A stretch of DNA of 64,000 bases from Octopus sinensis (Eukaryota): positions 69,006,001 through 69,070,000 of the forward strand of contig NC_043009.1 of NCBI RefSeq assembly GCF_006345805.1, given 5' to 3'. The notes under the pieces are model-generated. The model did no database searches. It was not told the origin of the DNA and was given only the letters and a program-made list of their open reading frames with translations. The translations under genes and the position numbers were made by a program. Below are positions 10,221 to 23,196 of the stretch, in pieces (within the stretch, counting starts at the first letter, position 1; the number at the start of each line of letters is the position of its first letter).

Positions 10221-13021
10221 TTATGTGTTGCAGTATCTGCTTAAAAATCCTGAGGGAACCTCTACATGGTTGCTCACCCGGCTAGAAAAAGTAGCAAAAT
10301 ATCCCTCAAATCATATGCAACCAGCTTTCAAAAAGGGGACTCATTGAATATTGTGGTTCTGGACTCACTATATCTGAATATGAGATGGAATGGTCACAGC
10401 TAAAAATAGTAATCAATTAGATATATATATATTTATGAAAACAAGATGTAGTGGTCACAAGTGGAAAGTCTTTGATTCTAGATCTGCTCAATTATATCAA
10501 TAACATGTGTTCTTTTTTGTTTGTTTATTTTTTTTTTAAGTCCAAACTAAGCTGAGAAGATTTAAAAGGAAATTGTTCCAAATTTTAAGAACCATAATTT
10601 ACCAGGACCTATCTACTTTGGCAGCTTTGCTGACTGGCACCTGGTAACAATAAAAGCATTCTCTTGGATTGAAAGTGAAGTAGTTTGAAGAATTGATGCA
10701 AAACTGTTGATTCTCTGTAAAACTTGTGTGATGCCATCTGCGATAGAGTGCTGCTTATGCGATGATAATTGGTTGCTGCTTCTGCTGCTGTTACCCCCCT
10801 AAATCACAACCAAAAGTAGACCAATTAGTCTTATTAACAAAGATTCGTTTAATGTATTAACCACTGGCCGCTCACAGTAACTGGATGTTTCTTCTCGTTA
10901 CCTCTTGTGCAATAATTGCCTCCTCTTCTTGTCTAAACCATCTTAGACAAATTGATGTACCTACCTCACTCCTCATCATCCCACCTGCATCTCATCTCAT
11001 CTCTCTACCCTTAGTCATTCCCCCCTCCCACCCCACCACTCAACCTTCACCCATATGTTTGCTACCCGTGTCAACTTCCGGAAGTTTTAGCATGAACCAC
11101 ATCAACTTCACCTGTTTTGGACAATCTATGAAGAATATGGGTTGGGGGCCAGCCTTACTCCACTGTTGAAGAAAAAGGTTTGTTGACTGACTACTTGAAG
11201 GTTTCCGTGTGTCTGTAGATTATCTCTGATGAAGTTCTTAACTTGAAGGTAATCAAGAAATTCAAGAACAGACTGCATAAGTATCAGGAACATCTTAACT
11301 TAGAAACTCATCTTTTAATATGCAGAAAAGGCACATGAAGAAAATGCTAATGTTTGCCATACAACATATATAGTGTCAACATTCAAGCATTGCCACTATT
11401 TTGCCAAATCCTGCTGAATTTCACTTAGAATTTTTGGTTCTCCAAAGTTTATAAGTTGACTTTTCTTTTTTCCTGCAAGTTTTGGTCTGCAAAATTCAAC
11501 CTGTTTGCTGAAGAATATGGTATTCATTTACTGACTGTAAAAACTGAAGTGTTTCTTTTTTAACTGTTAATAGATTTTCTCTTTTCGGTGCCATTGTAGA
11601 ATGGTATCTGTTATTTTAAAGAAAAATATTCTCTAACTCTGTTTGCAATGGTAATTGTTTGCTATGTGAATGAAAGTTTTCTTCTAAAAGTAATTTAGAA
11701 TAACAACCGTTAGATACTTGAATGAAAAAAAATGTTCTCTAATCCTAAATAATTAATTGAATGACTACTAATCAGTGTCTTTTTGCACTAAATTAAGAAC
11801 AAATGAGCACAGGTGGAGTACATCTGATTAGAAGTTGTTCACCTGATCTCTGCCATAATTCCCAGATTTGTGGGTATAAAGGATATTAACCGAGAGGTGA
11901 ACCAGGGTTGTTGGGATGGTAGAATAATAAGCTTAGTCTCAATTTTGAGACATTCTAGAATTGTGTTTAGCTTTCTCAGAGATTACCAATATTCTATGTT
12001 GCAATGTTGGATTTGTGTTTATTCTTTAAAGAAATCCTACCATCAATCCAAACAGAATGTCTCAAGTGTTTTAGCGTTCTTTTTACATGTTTATTTACTT
12101 ACCTGTTGTCATGTTCTTTTTTTTTTTTTTTTGGTGTGTTTGCGTGTGTGTGAGAGAGAGAGAGAGAGAGAGAGTGTGTGTGTGTGTTTGTGTGGTGGTG
12201 CAACTTTTTGAAATACTGAGATGATGATTAAATTACGAAAGTCAAATTTAGAACTGATGAGTTAACAAAAAGAATCATTGATCAATAGTGAAAAATTTCG
12301 GTAATATTTTTTTTTTCTTCTAATGTTGATTTTTAAAGTTAAAAGCAAAAATGAATAGAAAAACTTTAACAATACTAAATGTAGTCAAAAAATACAGCAT
12401 GACGATCTCTAACAATTTAAATAAAATTTACTCTTCTCTGCATCTCACCATAAAATCATTAATGATATCAGTTAAATATCAACGTTCACTGGAATTTCAG
12501 TTTTGATACATTTACCATTCTTAATTTGTTAAGTTTTCTGCATCTTACATGATCTCAGGTAAATTCGTATAAATTTTGGAAATATTCTTTCAGTGAAAAC
12601 TTGTTTTTTCGAAAACATTACTAGAAATTCTTGAAATTTGAAAATATTTAATTGAAATTAGTTGAAAAATTAGCTCCAGCCAATATATTAAGTTTAATGT
12701 GTGTTAAAAGTTTAATCTTTTAATTTGAGAAAATTTATGATTTGATTATTTTTTGTTCATTATCTAACATATTTTGTTAATCTGTACAAACTAACAGTTT
12801 GTTTTCAGTTTTTATTAATAACAACTATTTCAGATAGAGCAAGAATTAATTTTTTATATTTCTAATATACTTTAACATTGTCTTTATTGAAAATATCTCC
12901 GTATTCGAAATTATTTAATAAAAACGTAGTTACATTCTTGTATGTATTGATTGGACTATTAAACTATTCGTTTGTATTCATTTTGATTAACATTAATCTT
13001 GTTTAAAGCAAGCTGAGAGGC

Positions 13022-13199
13022 AAGCAGAATGGAACTGATGCATTTGTGAATATGTATGCCCCAAGGAAATGTTCAACTGCTAACAACCTCATTACTGGCA
13101 AGAATTATTACAACTCTGTACAACATTTTTGAAGTAAATGTTACCAGAGGCAGAAAAAGATACAAGCTAAACATGAATACTGTTTGTGATGAAACAAAG
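13022..13199 (+). pseudogene. RPS21: 40S ribosomal protein S21 (eS21) processed-pseudogene fragment
   Basis: Frame from 13022 reads KQNGTDAFVNMYAPRKCSTANNLITGKNY, against eS21 [29 protein letters not shown]. After a frameshift it reads NIFEVNVTRGRKRYKLNMNTVC, against [22 protein letters not shown]. The start codon is mutated to AAG and no intron is present. Reference sequence recalled from memory. Confidence 0.75.
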
Positions 13200-14479
13200 C
13201 TCATTTTTTGTTTGTGTGTAGGTTTGCCTTTTCTGCTCTCTCTATCATTTTAATTTAGCTCTCTAAGACTGATGGAAATTCAGCATTTGGGTGAATTTAA
13301 CGATAGCGTTGCTTGCATAGCAAAACAATATGAAATTATCTAAAGCTTCCTAACATGTAGTAAACAGTAGGCACAGGCATGACTGTGTGGCATTTTGTGC
13401 TTCTCTGCCACATGGTTCTGGGTTCAGTCCCACTGTGTGGCATCTTAACAAACCAGCGCCTTATGAGTGGATTTGGTAAATAAGAACTGAAAGAACCTCA
13501 ACATGTTTGCATGACTTTGTGTGTGTGTGTGTACACATGTATATGTGTGAGTGTGTGTGCATGTGTTTGTGCCTCCTTGTCTTGACATCGTTGTAAATGA
13601 GTGTCACTGTCCTACAAGCAGCATCATTCTGTGAGAACGTAAGCCTGCCATGGAAGAAATATTACCTTGCTTGATAATAGGTGAGGGCCAGCAAGAGGAA
13701 GGTCATCTGCCTGTAGAAAATAACAAATCTGCCTCAATAAACTCCTCCAACCCATGCCAGCATGTAAAAGTGGATGCTAAAATGATGATCTCTCTCTCTC
13801 TCTGGCTCTCTCTTTCTCTCTCTCTCACACACAAAGAAGTAGTCATATCAAAAGATAATGAATGCAATAAGAAAGCTAGGTAGAGATTGTGGGGGAAAGT
13901 GCCGTCTGTAACTTGCCAATAATATTCTATATTGATTAGGAATTATATATTTTGACCAATGCTTATAAACCATGACAAAAAAACAAGAAAAAAAAACATG
14001 GTGTACACACAACAAAGATTGATAGGTTCCTCTGTTGCTGTGTTTGTGATCAGATGACAATGAAGAGTAACAAGTAACGAGGTACCGTACCGGAACAGAC
14101 ATCTCCAATTCCTTCCGACATGGGAAAATAAGGATATAAAGTGATGATAATTACTCTTATACGGCTGGGAAGGAATATTTAATATAGCAAGGCAGAGTAA
14201 TATGAATATATCATCATCATCATCATCATCTTAATGTCCACTTTTCCATGCTTGTGTTGGTCAGAGTTTATTGAGGCAGATTATCTTTGACCGGATGCCT
14301 TCCCTGTTGCCAACCATCACTTGTTTACCAAGTGAGGTAATATTTGTTTTCTTTGACCAGGCATGGTTTTATGAAAGAATGGAAATGATGCACACTGCTT
14401 GCGTGAAAGGGACACTTGTTTACAACTATCATGGGAAGTCAGGACATAGACACGTGCATGCACATAAACGCACGTGCAT

Positions 14480-14514
<35 letters not shown>

Positions 14515-14690
14515 CTCTCTCACTCTCACTCACTCCCTCTCTATCTCATTTTTCTGTCTACCAAATCCACTCACAAGGCATTGGTCAGCTTGGGGCTATA
14601 GCCGAAGACCCTTCTCCAAGGTACTGAACCTGACTCCATGAATTGAGAAACAAACTACCCCTAGGTATTTAACTGTGTTGCTATGGATAT

Positions 14691-14989
14691 TGTTCCTTCT
14701 CGAGCCACGCCTGGCTCATAAGGGCCGGTTTCCCGGTTTCCTTGGCATATAGGTTCCTCACCTGGATGGGACACCGGTCCGTTGCAGGTGAGCTGCAAGA
14801 TGCAGGAGGAAAGAGTGAGAGAAAGTCGTGGTGAAAGAGTCAGCAGAAGTTGGCCATTACCTTCTGCTGGAGCCGTGTGGAGCTTAGGTGTTTCGCTCAT
14901 AAACACATACATCGCCCGGTCTGTGATTCGAACCCGCGATCCCTCGACCGCGAGTCCACTGCTCTAACCACTAGGCCATGTGCCTCCAC
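14691..14989 (-). mobile_element. tRNA-derived SINE, family C, full length
   Basis: Near-identical to 4213-4507; TSD TATGG(A/G)TAT (14682-14690, 14990-14998). Confidence 0.9.
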
Positions 14990-15529
14990 TATGGGTATGT
15001 GATGAATATGTATGCATATATGACCATACTTGCATGCATGTGTGCAATGCCTGCACACCCATACCCACATATGAACACATGCATGCACATATATTGCACA
15101 CCCTCCATGCATATACTCGTGCCCTCACAACTGTATTCTGTCCCCTCAGTACCAGGGGTTCGTTTCACTGACCCTGTACAGTTCGCTCGAGACCAACAGT
15201 TGATTACACTATATATTTATTTTACCCCTTAGATACATGTGCACACTTACATGCGTGCAAAATTGTTGCTCCATGAAAAGTGTTGCATCATTCTTGACAT
15301 GGTAAATAAGTTTCTTGGACAAATGCCAGGAAATGTTTTACCAGGACATCAATATTTTTATTGTTGAGTTTATCGTAATACCGAACCATACTTAATCTCG
15401 GTGACTTACACACACTTACATCTATGCACAGGTATACATACATACATACATATATATATATTCATGTATTAAAAGTGGACAACATTGCTTGAAAGTTTAA
15501 GATAACACGATAGTGTGAGTTTACACTCA

Positions 15530-15614
15530 CTCACTCTCTCTCTTTCTTTCTATCTCTCTCTCTCTCTTTCTATTTCTCTCTCTCTTTCTATCTCTCTCTT
15601 TCTTTCTCTCTCTT

Positions 15615-15645
<31 letters not shown>

Positions 15646-15659
15646 TCTCTCTCTCTCTT

Positions 15660-15707
<48 letters not shown>

Positions 15708-15737
15708 CCTCTCTCTCTCTCTTCCTCTCTCTCTCAC
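15530..15737. repeat. (CT)n/(CTTT) polypyrimidine microsatellite
   Basis: Direct reading. Confidence 0.95.
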
Positions 15738-16459
15738 CATTGTAAATATACTGAGTCTTTCTTTTTTCAAGGCTGTTGTGTGATTGGAGAGAGATTTGGC
15801 TGGTATTTCTAAAAGATAAAGTGGTTGTACAGAGATTTCCTAGTCTTGTTGCTGTTGTTGTTCTTTGTGTAGCCCTAGGTCAGCCTTGACCAGTCAGCCT
15901 TATGATCAAAGGTGATGGTGTTGCTGTTGTTTAGCATCAAATTGGGTCAAATCAATCAAAACTAAAACCAAAGGAATTGGCAATATTGATACTATTAATA
16001 TTATTGTATAACATCGAGATTTATGACCAAAAGTACTTGTTGTTGTAGTGGTGGTGGAGTAGTACTAGTAGTAGTAGAAGCACAGCTCCAGGTTGGTTAT
16101 GATTAAGCTGATTTATGATCAAAGATCATGCAGCTATAACGATCCTGTTTTTCTCCAGCCGATAAATTTAACACTACATCACCCAATGTGACCGTCCTTT
16201 AATAGTGCTGTGTGCAATGGGAAGGAGCATTGGCTACTATTTCTAGCAAGTCCCTCGTAGGAGATTGTGTGACATAATATAGAGGAAGAGAGGCTGATGT
16301 GGAATAAAGTGTTCTTCTTGGAACCACAGGGACACCGGTTGCCAACACACAGTCACTGCATCTCTATGGAATCGGCTCATCAGGGATTTAGCACAAGATA
16401 ATTTATTGAACAGTATTAAAATTCAGTTCCATATTTAAGAGTTGAGGAATTATGTACAT

Positions 16460-16765
16460 TATTTACATTATTTACATTTGATGGATATTTGTCCTCATCT
16501 TGTTGTAAACACAACGTTTTGGCTGATATACCCTCCAGCCTTCATCGGATTCCAAGTTCGATTCCAGGCAGCGACCTGAATAATAATAATAATATAATAA
16601 TAATAATAATAATAATAACATAGAAAAATACGTTAGGAATGAGAACCCGAGTCTGAAATTTCCCCAAGACACCTGATAAAGGCTGGAGGGTATATCAGCT
16701 GAAATGTTGTGTTAACAACAAACAAGATGAGGACAAACATCCGTCAAATGTAAATGATGTAAATA
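16460..16765. mobile_element. Penelope-like retroelement terminal-repeat remnant in inverted arrangement
   Basis: Arms 16460-16546 and 16675-16765 are reverse complements around an (AAT)n-containing spacer; both arms carry a hammerhead-like motif. Confidence 0.65.
16668..16713 (+). ncRNA. Minimal type I hammerhead ribozyme motif (mutated, probably inactive copy)
   Basis: GACAC-CTGATAA-A-GGCTG-GAGGGTATAT-CAGCT-GAAA-TGTT-GTGTT. Stem I is GACAC/GTGTT and stem II is GCTG/CAGC. The antisense copy (16508-16546) keeps GATGA, CAGCC and the ACGT palindrome. Confidence 0.6.
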
Positions 16766-17007
16766 GTGTTAAAATTGTTTTTCATTAGAAATATTAGTTA
16801 ATTATGATAGAACTGTGGAATAATCTAAATCTAGTTCATACTTTCAGGGTATTAATTAAATTGGGGAGCTAAAATTATATCATCATCGTCATTTTAATGT
16901 CCAAGGCAAATTTTCCACACCGTTATCTGTTTCCTAGCAACGTAATATTTCCCAATGACCAGACATGTTTTCACAGAATACTGAAAAGGAATTATATTCA
17001 TTTACAA

Positions 17008-17308
17008 CAGTGATTCCCAAACCTTTTCAGGTTGGCACCCCCTTGGCACCCAGGCCACAGTCCTAGTGCTCCCACACCCCACCCACCACCACAAACGTTG
17101 ACCAATTCCTGCAACAAATTCAAAACAATTGTATTTCATAAATGAAACTTAACCTAGTTAAGACCATAATTTTGTTGTTTTTACATCCATTGGCCCCATT
17201 TTGGCTACCCTATTATTGCCCCTACCTTTCTTCATTGCTGCTCTCTGCTGAATCTTTCCCCACCCACAGGGGTGGAGGGAACAGTACTGCCCCCTTTGGG
17301 AACCACTG
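17008..17308. mobile_element. hAT-type MITE
   Basis: TIRs CAGTGATTCCCAAA / TTTGGGAACCACTG; flanks ATTTACAA / ATTTCACAA (8-bp TSD with a 1-nt insertion); homologous to 48673-48950. Confidence 0.8.
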
Positions 17309-17385
17309 ATTTCACAACATTACACAATGTCAAGGCTGAGACACAAACATACACACACTCACAAACACACACATACATGCATGCA

Positions 17386-17416
<31 letters not shown>

Positions 17417-17419
17417 TTT

Positions 17420-17682
17420 TCTTTTGTTTTAGTCATTTGACTGCAGCCATGCTGGAGCACCGCCTTTAGTCGAACAAATCGACCCCAGGACTTATTCTTT
17501 GTAAGCCTAGTACTTATTCTGTCAGTCTCTTTTTTTTTTGCTGAACTGCTAATTTACAGGGATGTAAATGCACCAACATTGGTTGTCAAACGATGGGCGG
17601 GGGGGAAAAAACAGACACACAAATATATACCCGTTCAACCCATGCTAGCATGGAAAACGGACATTAAATGATGATGATGATG

Positions 17683-17727
<45 letters not shown>

Positions 17728-18259
17728 GCTTCTTTCAGTTTCCCTCTACCATATCCACTCACAAGGCTTTGGCCCGAGGCTGTAGTAAAAGACACTTGCC
17801 CAAGGTGCCATGTGGTTGGGAAGCAAGCTTATTACCACACAGCCACTCCTGTGCCTACACACACACACACACATACACACACAGCTTGTTTCAATTCACA
17901 CGGGAGGCCTTGGTTGGCTTGGGGCTGTAGCAGAAGACACTCATCCAAGGTGCCATGCAGTGGGACTGAACCTGACATCACGTGGTTTGAACACCAAACT
18001 TAACTGCACAGACACACCTGCCCCTCCCTCCCTCACTCTCTTACATATTACTCTTTTACTCTTTTACTTGTTTCAGTCATTTGACTGCGGCCATGCTGGA
18101 GCACCACCTTTAGTCGAGCAAATCGACCCCGGACTTATTTTTTGTAAGCCCAGTACTTATTGTATCGGTCTCTTTTTGCCGAACCGCTAAGTGACAGGGA
18201 CGTAAACACACCAGCATCGGTTGTCAAGCAATGCTAGGGGGACAAACACAGACACACAA

Positions 18260-18318
<59 letters not shown>

Positions 18319-18471
18319 TACGACAGGCTTCTTTCAGTTTCCATCTACCAAATCCACTCACAAGGCATTGGTCGGCCCGGGGCTAATACAGAAGACACTT
18401 GCCCAAGATGCCACGCAGTGGGACTGAACCCAGAACCATGTGGTTGGTTAGCAAGCTACTTACCACACAGC
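17420..18471 (-). mobile_element. Cluster of family-A SINE copies; near-complete copy at ~18048-18471
   Basis: Repeated CATTTGACTG(C)GGCCATGCTGGAGCAC...ATCCACTCACAAGGC...GGGACTGAACC blocks separated by microsatellites. Confidence 0.85.
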
Positions 18472-19035
18472 ACCAACCAAAACCGCAAAACGTCCAAACC
18501 AATTGGAATAATTCACGGTTGATAAACTTGTAATAGTTCCCCTGTATCAATAAATTGAATTATTTTATTCATTCACAGCATCATTTATTAACTGAATACA
18601 ATTCTGATGAACATTATTTTAATTCAGCTTCATTTATTTATTTATTTATCTAAAAAAAAAAAAATGTTTTCTTGTTTTGTAGAAAATTTTAAATTTGTTT
18701 CAAAAATAGAATTATCAATAAGCAGCGTAACTGCTATAGCAATTTCATCTCTGCGTAAAATGTTCTTTGATAAATATTGTTTTTTTACTGGGTTTCTTTT
18801 TTTAATTAAATATGTTATATTTAACATTTCATATTGAGTCAAAACCAGTTAACTGATTATATATATATATGTATATATAAATATATACACACACACACAT
18901 ATATTATAAATAATCGATAGAAGTTAATATTAATAATAAAAAATATATACATACTCATATTCTGACTTCTATTTTCATGTTTTTATCACCAAATGTATGT
19001 GTGTGTATAAAATATATCTACACACATATATAAAT

Positions 19036-19259
19036 CGAGCTGGCAGAAACGTTAGCGCGCCGGGCGAAATGCTTAGTGGTATTTCATCTGCCGTTACGTT
19101 CTGAGTTCAAATTCCGCCGAGGTCGACTTTGCCTTTCATCCTTTCGGGGTCGATAAATATAGTACCAGTTACGCACTGGGGTCGATGTAATCGACTTAAT
19201 CCCTTTGTTTGTTCTTGTTTGTCCCGTCTATGTTTAGCCCCTTGTGGGTAGTAAAGAAA
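19036..19259 (+). mobile_element. SINE family B, near full length
   Basis: High similarity to 3732-3966; CpGs retained. Confidence 0.9.
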
Positions 19260-19410
19260 GATATATATGTACACCCACATGACATGTATTTACATGCAAC
19301 AAAACTCTCATAAACTAGAAACCCCTAAACATGTATTTCTTTTACCAGAATTAGAATCCCTCTGAGGGACAATCATGTAATATCAATGTATGGTACAATA
19401 ACTAACTGGT

Positions 19411-19716
19411 CCTCTGTTACAGGGACAAGGGTTGCAGTTGACCCAATCGACAAAACAGCCCGCTTGTAATGAACCTGCAAGTGGCTGAGCACTCCACAGA
19501 CACGTGTACCCTTAATGTTGTTCTCAGGGAAATTCAGCACGACACAGTGTGTCCAGGCTGGCCCTTTAAAACACAGGTACTACTCATTTTTTGCCAGTTG
19601 AGTGAACCGGAGTAACATGAAATAAAGTGTCTTGCTCAAGGACACGCTGCCAGGAATGGAACTCGGGACCTTATGATTGGGAGCTGAATATCCCAACCTC
19701 GAAGTCACACGTCTTC
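19411..19716 (-). mobile_element. tRNA-derived SINE, family E
   Basis: Plus strand GTGGCTGAGCACTCCACAGACACG...GGCTGGCCCTTT...GAAATAAAGTGTCTTGCTCAAGGACAC; related copies at ~3440-3630 and ~53601-53870. Confidence 0.8.
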
Positions 19717-21256
19717 TTGTATGGTATAATACGTACAACAAACCTGTTTTAGAAGCCAAGAACCCCTAAACAAGTTTAACCATGCAAGGACTAGAATTTG
19801 AACGAAGGACAATGCAGTCCTGGGATCCATCCGACCCTGTCAAACCCATGCCAGCATGGAACAGGAATGTTAAATGATGGTAGTGGTGATGATGATGATA
19901 ACTGTGTGTATGTGTAGTAGTGGTGATGGCGAGGGGGGGGGGTGGATTTAAAAAATTTTACAAAATAAATAAAAATTGTAGAAATTTTTTTAAAAGTTAT
20001 TTTTATTTTTAGAAACAGATAATAAAAAATATAATACATTTAGATAAATAACCCCCGAAACTGGATTTTTTTTTCTCCTTTCTTTTCGATGTGGCAATAT
20101 TTCTCTGTTGCAGTAAAGATTGTAATTGCGAATCATTCGTTGGCATCCGGCCAGTTGTCTTGTTTTAGTGCTGTCTCTGGAAGTTTAATACGGAAATTCT
20201 AGATAACTTATAGATATTGTCATTCTAAGAAGAGTCGAAGTGGGGATTGTTAATTGCTGGTGTTCAGTTTATTTTTGATACCTTTCTTTAATTTCTTCCT
20301 TCCTGTCTTCTTCTTTCTTTCATTCTCTCTTCCCTCCACCCTCCTCCCCTTTCCTGTACAAACAAACCTACCGTTTCTCTAGAGTCTGGCAACTGAGCAA
20401 GATGAATGAGCTCGGCGGGAGGGAAGCGGCAGGGGAGGTGGAAAATGATATGAGGAGGAGGAGGAGGAAGAGGAACCAGGTGAGAAGGGGGGAGAAACTG
20501 TGAGGAGAGAGAGAGAGAGAGAGAGAGAGTGAGTGATGAAGAGGTGTGAAGAAGAAACTGAGAGTGCAAGAGGAGGAAAAGCGAGAGGAAGAGTAAAATG
20601 GTGTGAGAGAGAAATGAGCAGGAGAGAGAGAGAGATGGAGAGACTGGAAACAAAATCGAAGAGATTTTGAGATTTCCATGTTGGCTGTTGTGCATCTCTG
20701 TGTGTGTATGTATGTGTGAGAATGTGTGAGTGTGTGTGTGTGTGTGTGGCTGAGTTCTATTTCAAGAGATGTTTACCATATTGTTAGAAGTTGGTCTGCC
20801 AACAGAAGAACAGAGAAACTTTATAATGGAATAATCTTTGTATTTGCTGCACCAATTTTCTCACATATCACTTTGCAACTTGAAGAACAGTGTGTGTGTG
20901 TGTGTGTGTATGTGTGTTTGGTGGTAGGTATAATCCATATTTTGTAATATATAGTAAAACATTCCATGGGTGTATGTGTGGTTTCATGCATATGTAATGT
21001 ATGTATATGGACATGCTTATGTGCTTGTGTATGTATTCATATGTATGTATCTATCATTTATATATATATCTCATCATCATCATCATCGTTTAGCATCCGC
21101 TTTCCATGCTAGCTTAGGTTGGACGGTTCAACTAGGGTCTGGGAAGCCAGAAGGCTGCACCAGGCCCAGTCTGATCTGGCAATGTTTCTACAGCTGGATG
21201 CCCTTCCTAACGCCAACCACTACGTGAGTGTAGTGGGTGATTTTTATGTGTCACCG

Positions 21257-21280
<24 letters not shown>

Positions 21281-21290
<10 letters not shown>

Positions 21291-21469
21291 TATTAGAGAC
21301 AAAAACACTATTTTGAAAAACAAACAAGGAAAGACTTAATCAATACATAAAATTTTAATAAATAGTCAAAAAATAGTCAAAAAACTATTTATTAAAATTT
21401 TATGTATTGATTAAGTCTTTCCTTGTTTGTTTTGCAAAATAGTGGTTTTGTCTCTAATAATATTTTATA
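21281..21469. repeat. Near-perfect AT-rich palindrome, ~86-bp arms, embedded in (TA)n
   Basis: 21281-21366 against the reverse complement of 21384-21469: two mismatches seen. Confidence 0.92.
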
Positions 21470-21734
21470 ATATTTTACTATAAAATTGGATTTAATCCTA
21501 AATCTGATTTTTTCCCTGTAAATTTGGATTTATTCCCTAATATTTATTATTATATATATATATATATATATACACACACCTATACCTACCTACAGACACA
21601 CATGCATGCACATGCATCTGTTTGCATGTGAATGTAAGATGGGGTAGAGTATTTAAATTTTTAGTAATTTAGGAATTGGTGACCTCTACTAAAATCAGGG
21701 AAGCAATTCTTGGTCCATTTTTTTCATACACACT

Positions 21735-22100
21735 TGATTCAGTCACTTGGACAGTGGCCATACTAGGGGCACCGCTATGAAAGGATGAGTTGTACAGATT
21801 GACCCTAGTATTTATTTTTAAGTTTGGTACTTATTCTATGGTCTCTTTTGTTGAACTGCTAAGTTACAGGGATGTAAACAAACCAACATGTTTGTCATGT
21901 GGGAATAAGGATACACTTACACAGCACCTATATATATATATATATGATGATCTTTCACACAGCTTCTGTCTGCTAGGATCACTCACAAGGTATTTGTCAG
22001 CCTAGAGCTATAGTTGAAGATACTTGCCCCAAGGTGCTGTACAGTGGGATTGAACCCAGAACCATCTGGTTGCAAAGTAAGCTTCTTAACTACTCAACCA
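21735..22100 (-). mobile_element. SINE family A, diverged
   Basis: GTGGCCATACTAGGGC...GGTACTTATTCTAT...CACTCACAAGG...GGGATTGAACCCAGAACCAT. Confidence 0.75.
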
Positions 22101-22438
22101 TATTCAGCTGTGAACTTGCTATTAAGTACAGTTGCTTTTTGTACCCACTTCTTCTTGTCTGTTATGATGTAGGGCCTGCCTGCCTGCCATGGGCTCCCAC
22201 AAAAATCAGGCAAGTCCATGGGGACACAGTCATATGAAGGACTGGAGAATCTTCTGCTGTGTACTTCGCAAGTGAAGAAACTTGTGGAAGCATTGGTGTT
22301 TCATTGATGCAGACCATGCATCAGTGAACTTACGGCAGTGCTCCAGCACTGGAGATATATATCATTATAAACAATTAAAGGTATTTTGATATGCTGCCAC
22401 TTTTTTGATGAAATTTTTTTCTGTAAAAAAAAATTCAT

Positions 22439-22530
<92 letters not shown>

Positions 22531-22847
22531 TAGGGTGTGATTGATGTCATCAATGACAGATCTGAGTGAAAGGGAGTGACGGCTGGCAATACAGGATAAT
22601 GTTAGCTGGTAAGAAAGAATGCAAGTGGCTGGCATTGTGTGTGTGTGTGTGTGTGGGGGGGGGGGGTGATGGCAAAAGGTTGGCAGCTGCCAAAGATTGA
22701 CTTGGAGAGAGGGGCAGGTAAATGGAAGAGTTTTATCTGATACCAATAGATCTGGTGCAGTCCCTTCTTACTAAGGCACCCTTATGGTAACGTAGATTTA
22801 CGTGTGTGTTCAAATATGTACCCCATATTCTTAAACACATATGCTTC

Positions 22848-23169
22848 GTGTATTTGCTGGTAAGCTGCGATTCGGTAAGGTGGAGAATGCTCTCTCAAGG
22901 TACCGACTGTTAAAACACCTGAAAGTCATGGACAGCTGAGGTAACTATCCAGGAGTGATGGACATTGATGTTTTGCCATTTTTGTGGCTTATCAGCATCA
23001 TGTACCTGAACAGAATCAAAGATGAATAATTTTGCCGGTCCACAACTTATATGCATATACCATACAGGTAAGCTATTTCACCTGTCCATGACTTTCAAGT
23101 GTTTTAACACCCGCTGTTTTGAGAGAGCATTCTCCACCATGCCAAGTTGCAGCCTACCTGCAAATACAC
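22848..23169. mobile_element. Fold-back/MITE-like element with ~96-bp terminal inverted repeats
   Basis: GTGTATTTGC...GGTGGAGAATGCTCTCTCAA...TGTTAAAACAC.TGAAAGTCATGGACAG (22848-22943) is mirrored at 23074-23169. Confidence 0.8.
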
Positions 23170-23196
23170 TCTTATACGTTAAGTATATGTAGTTGA

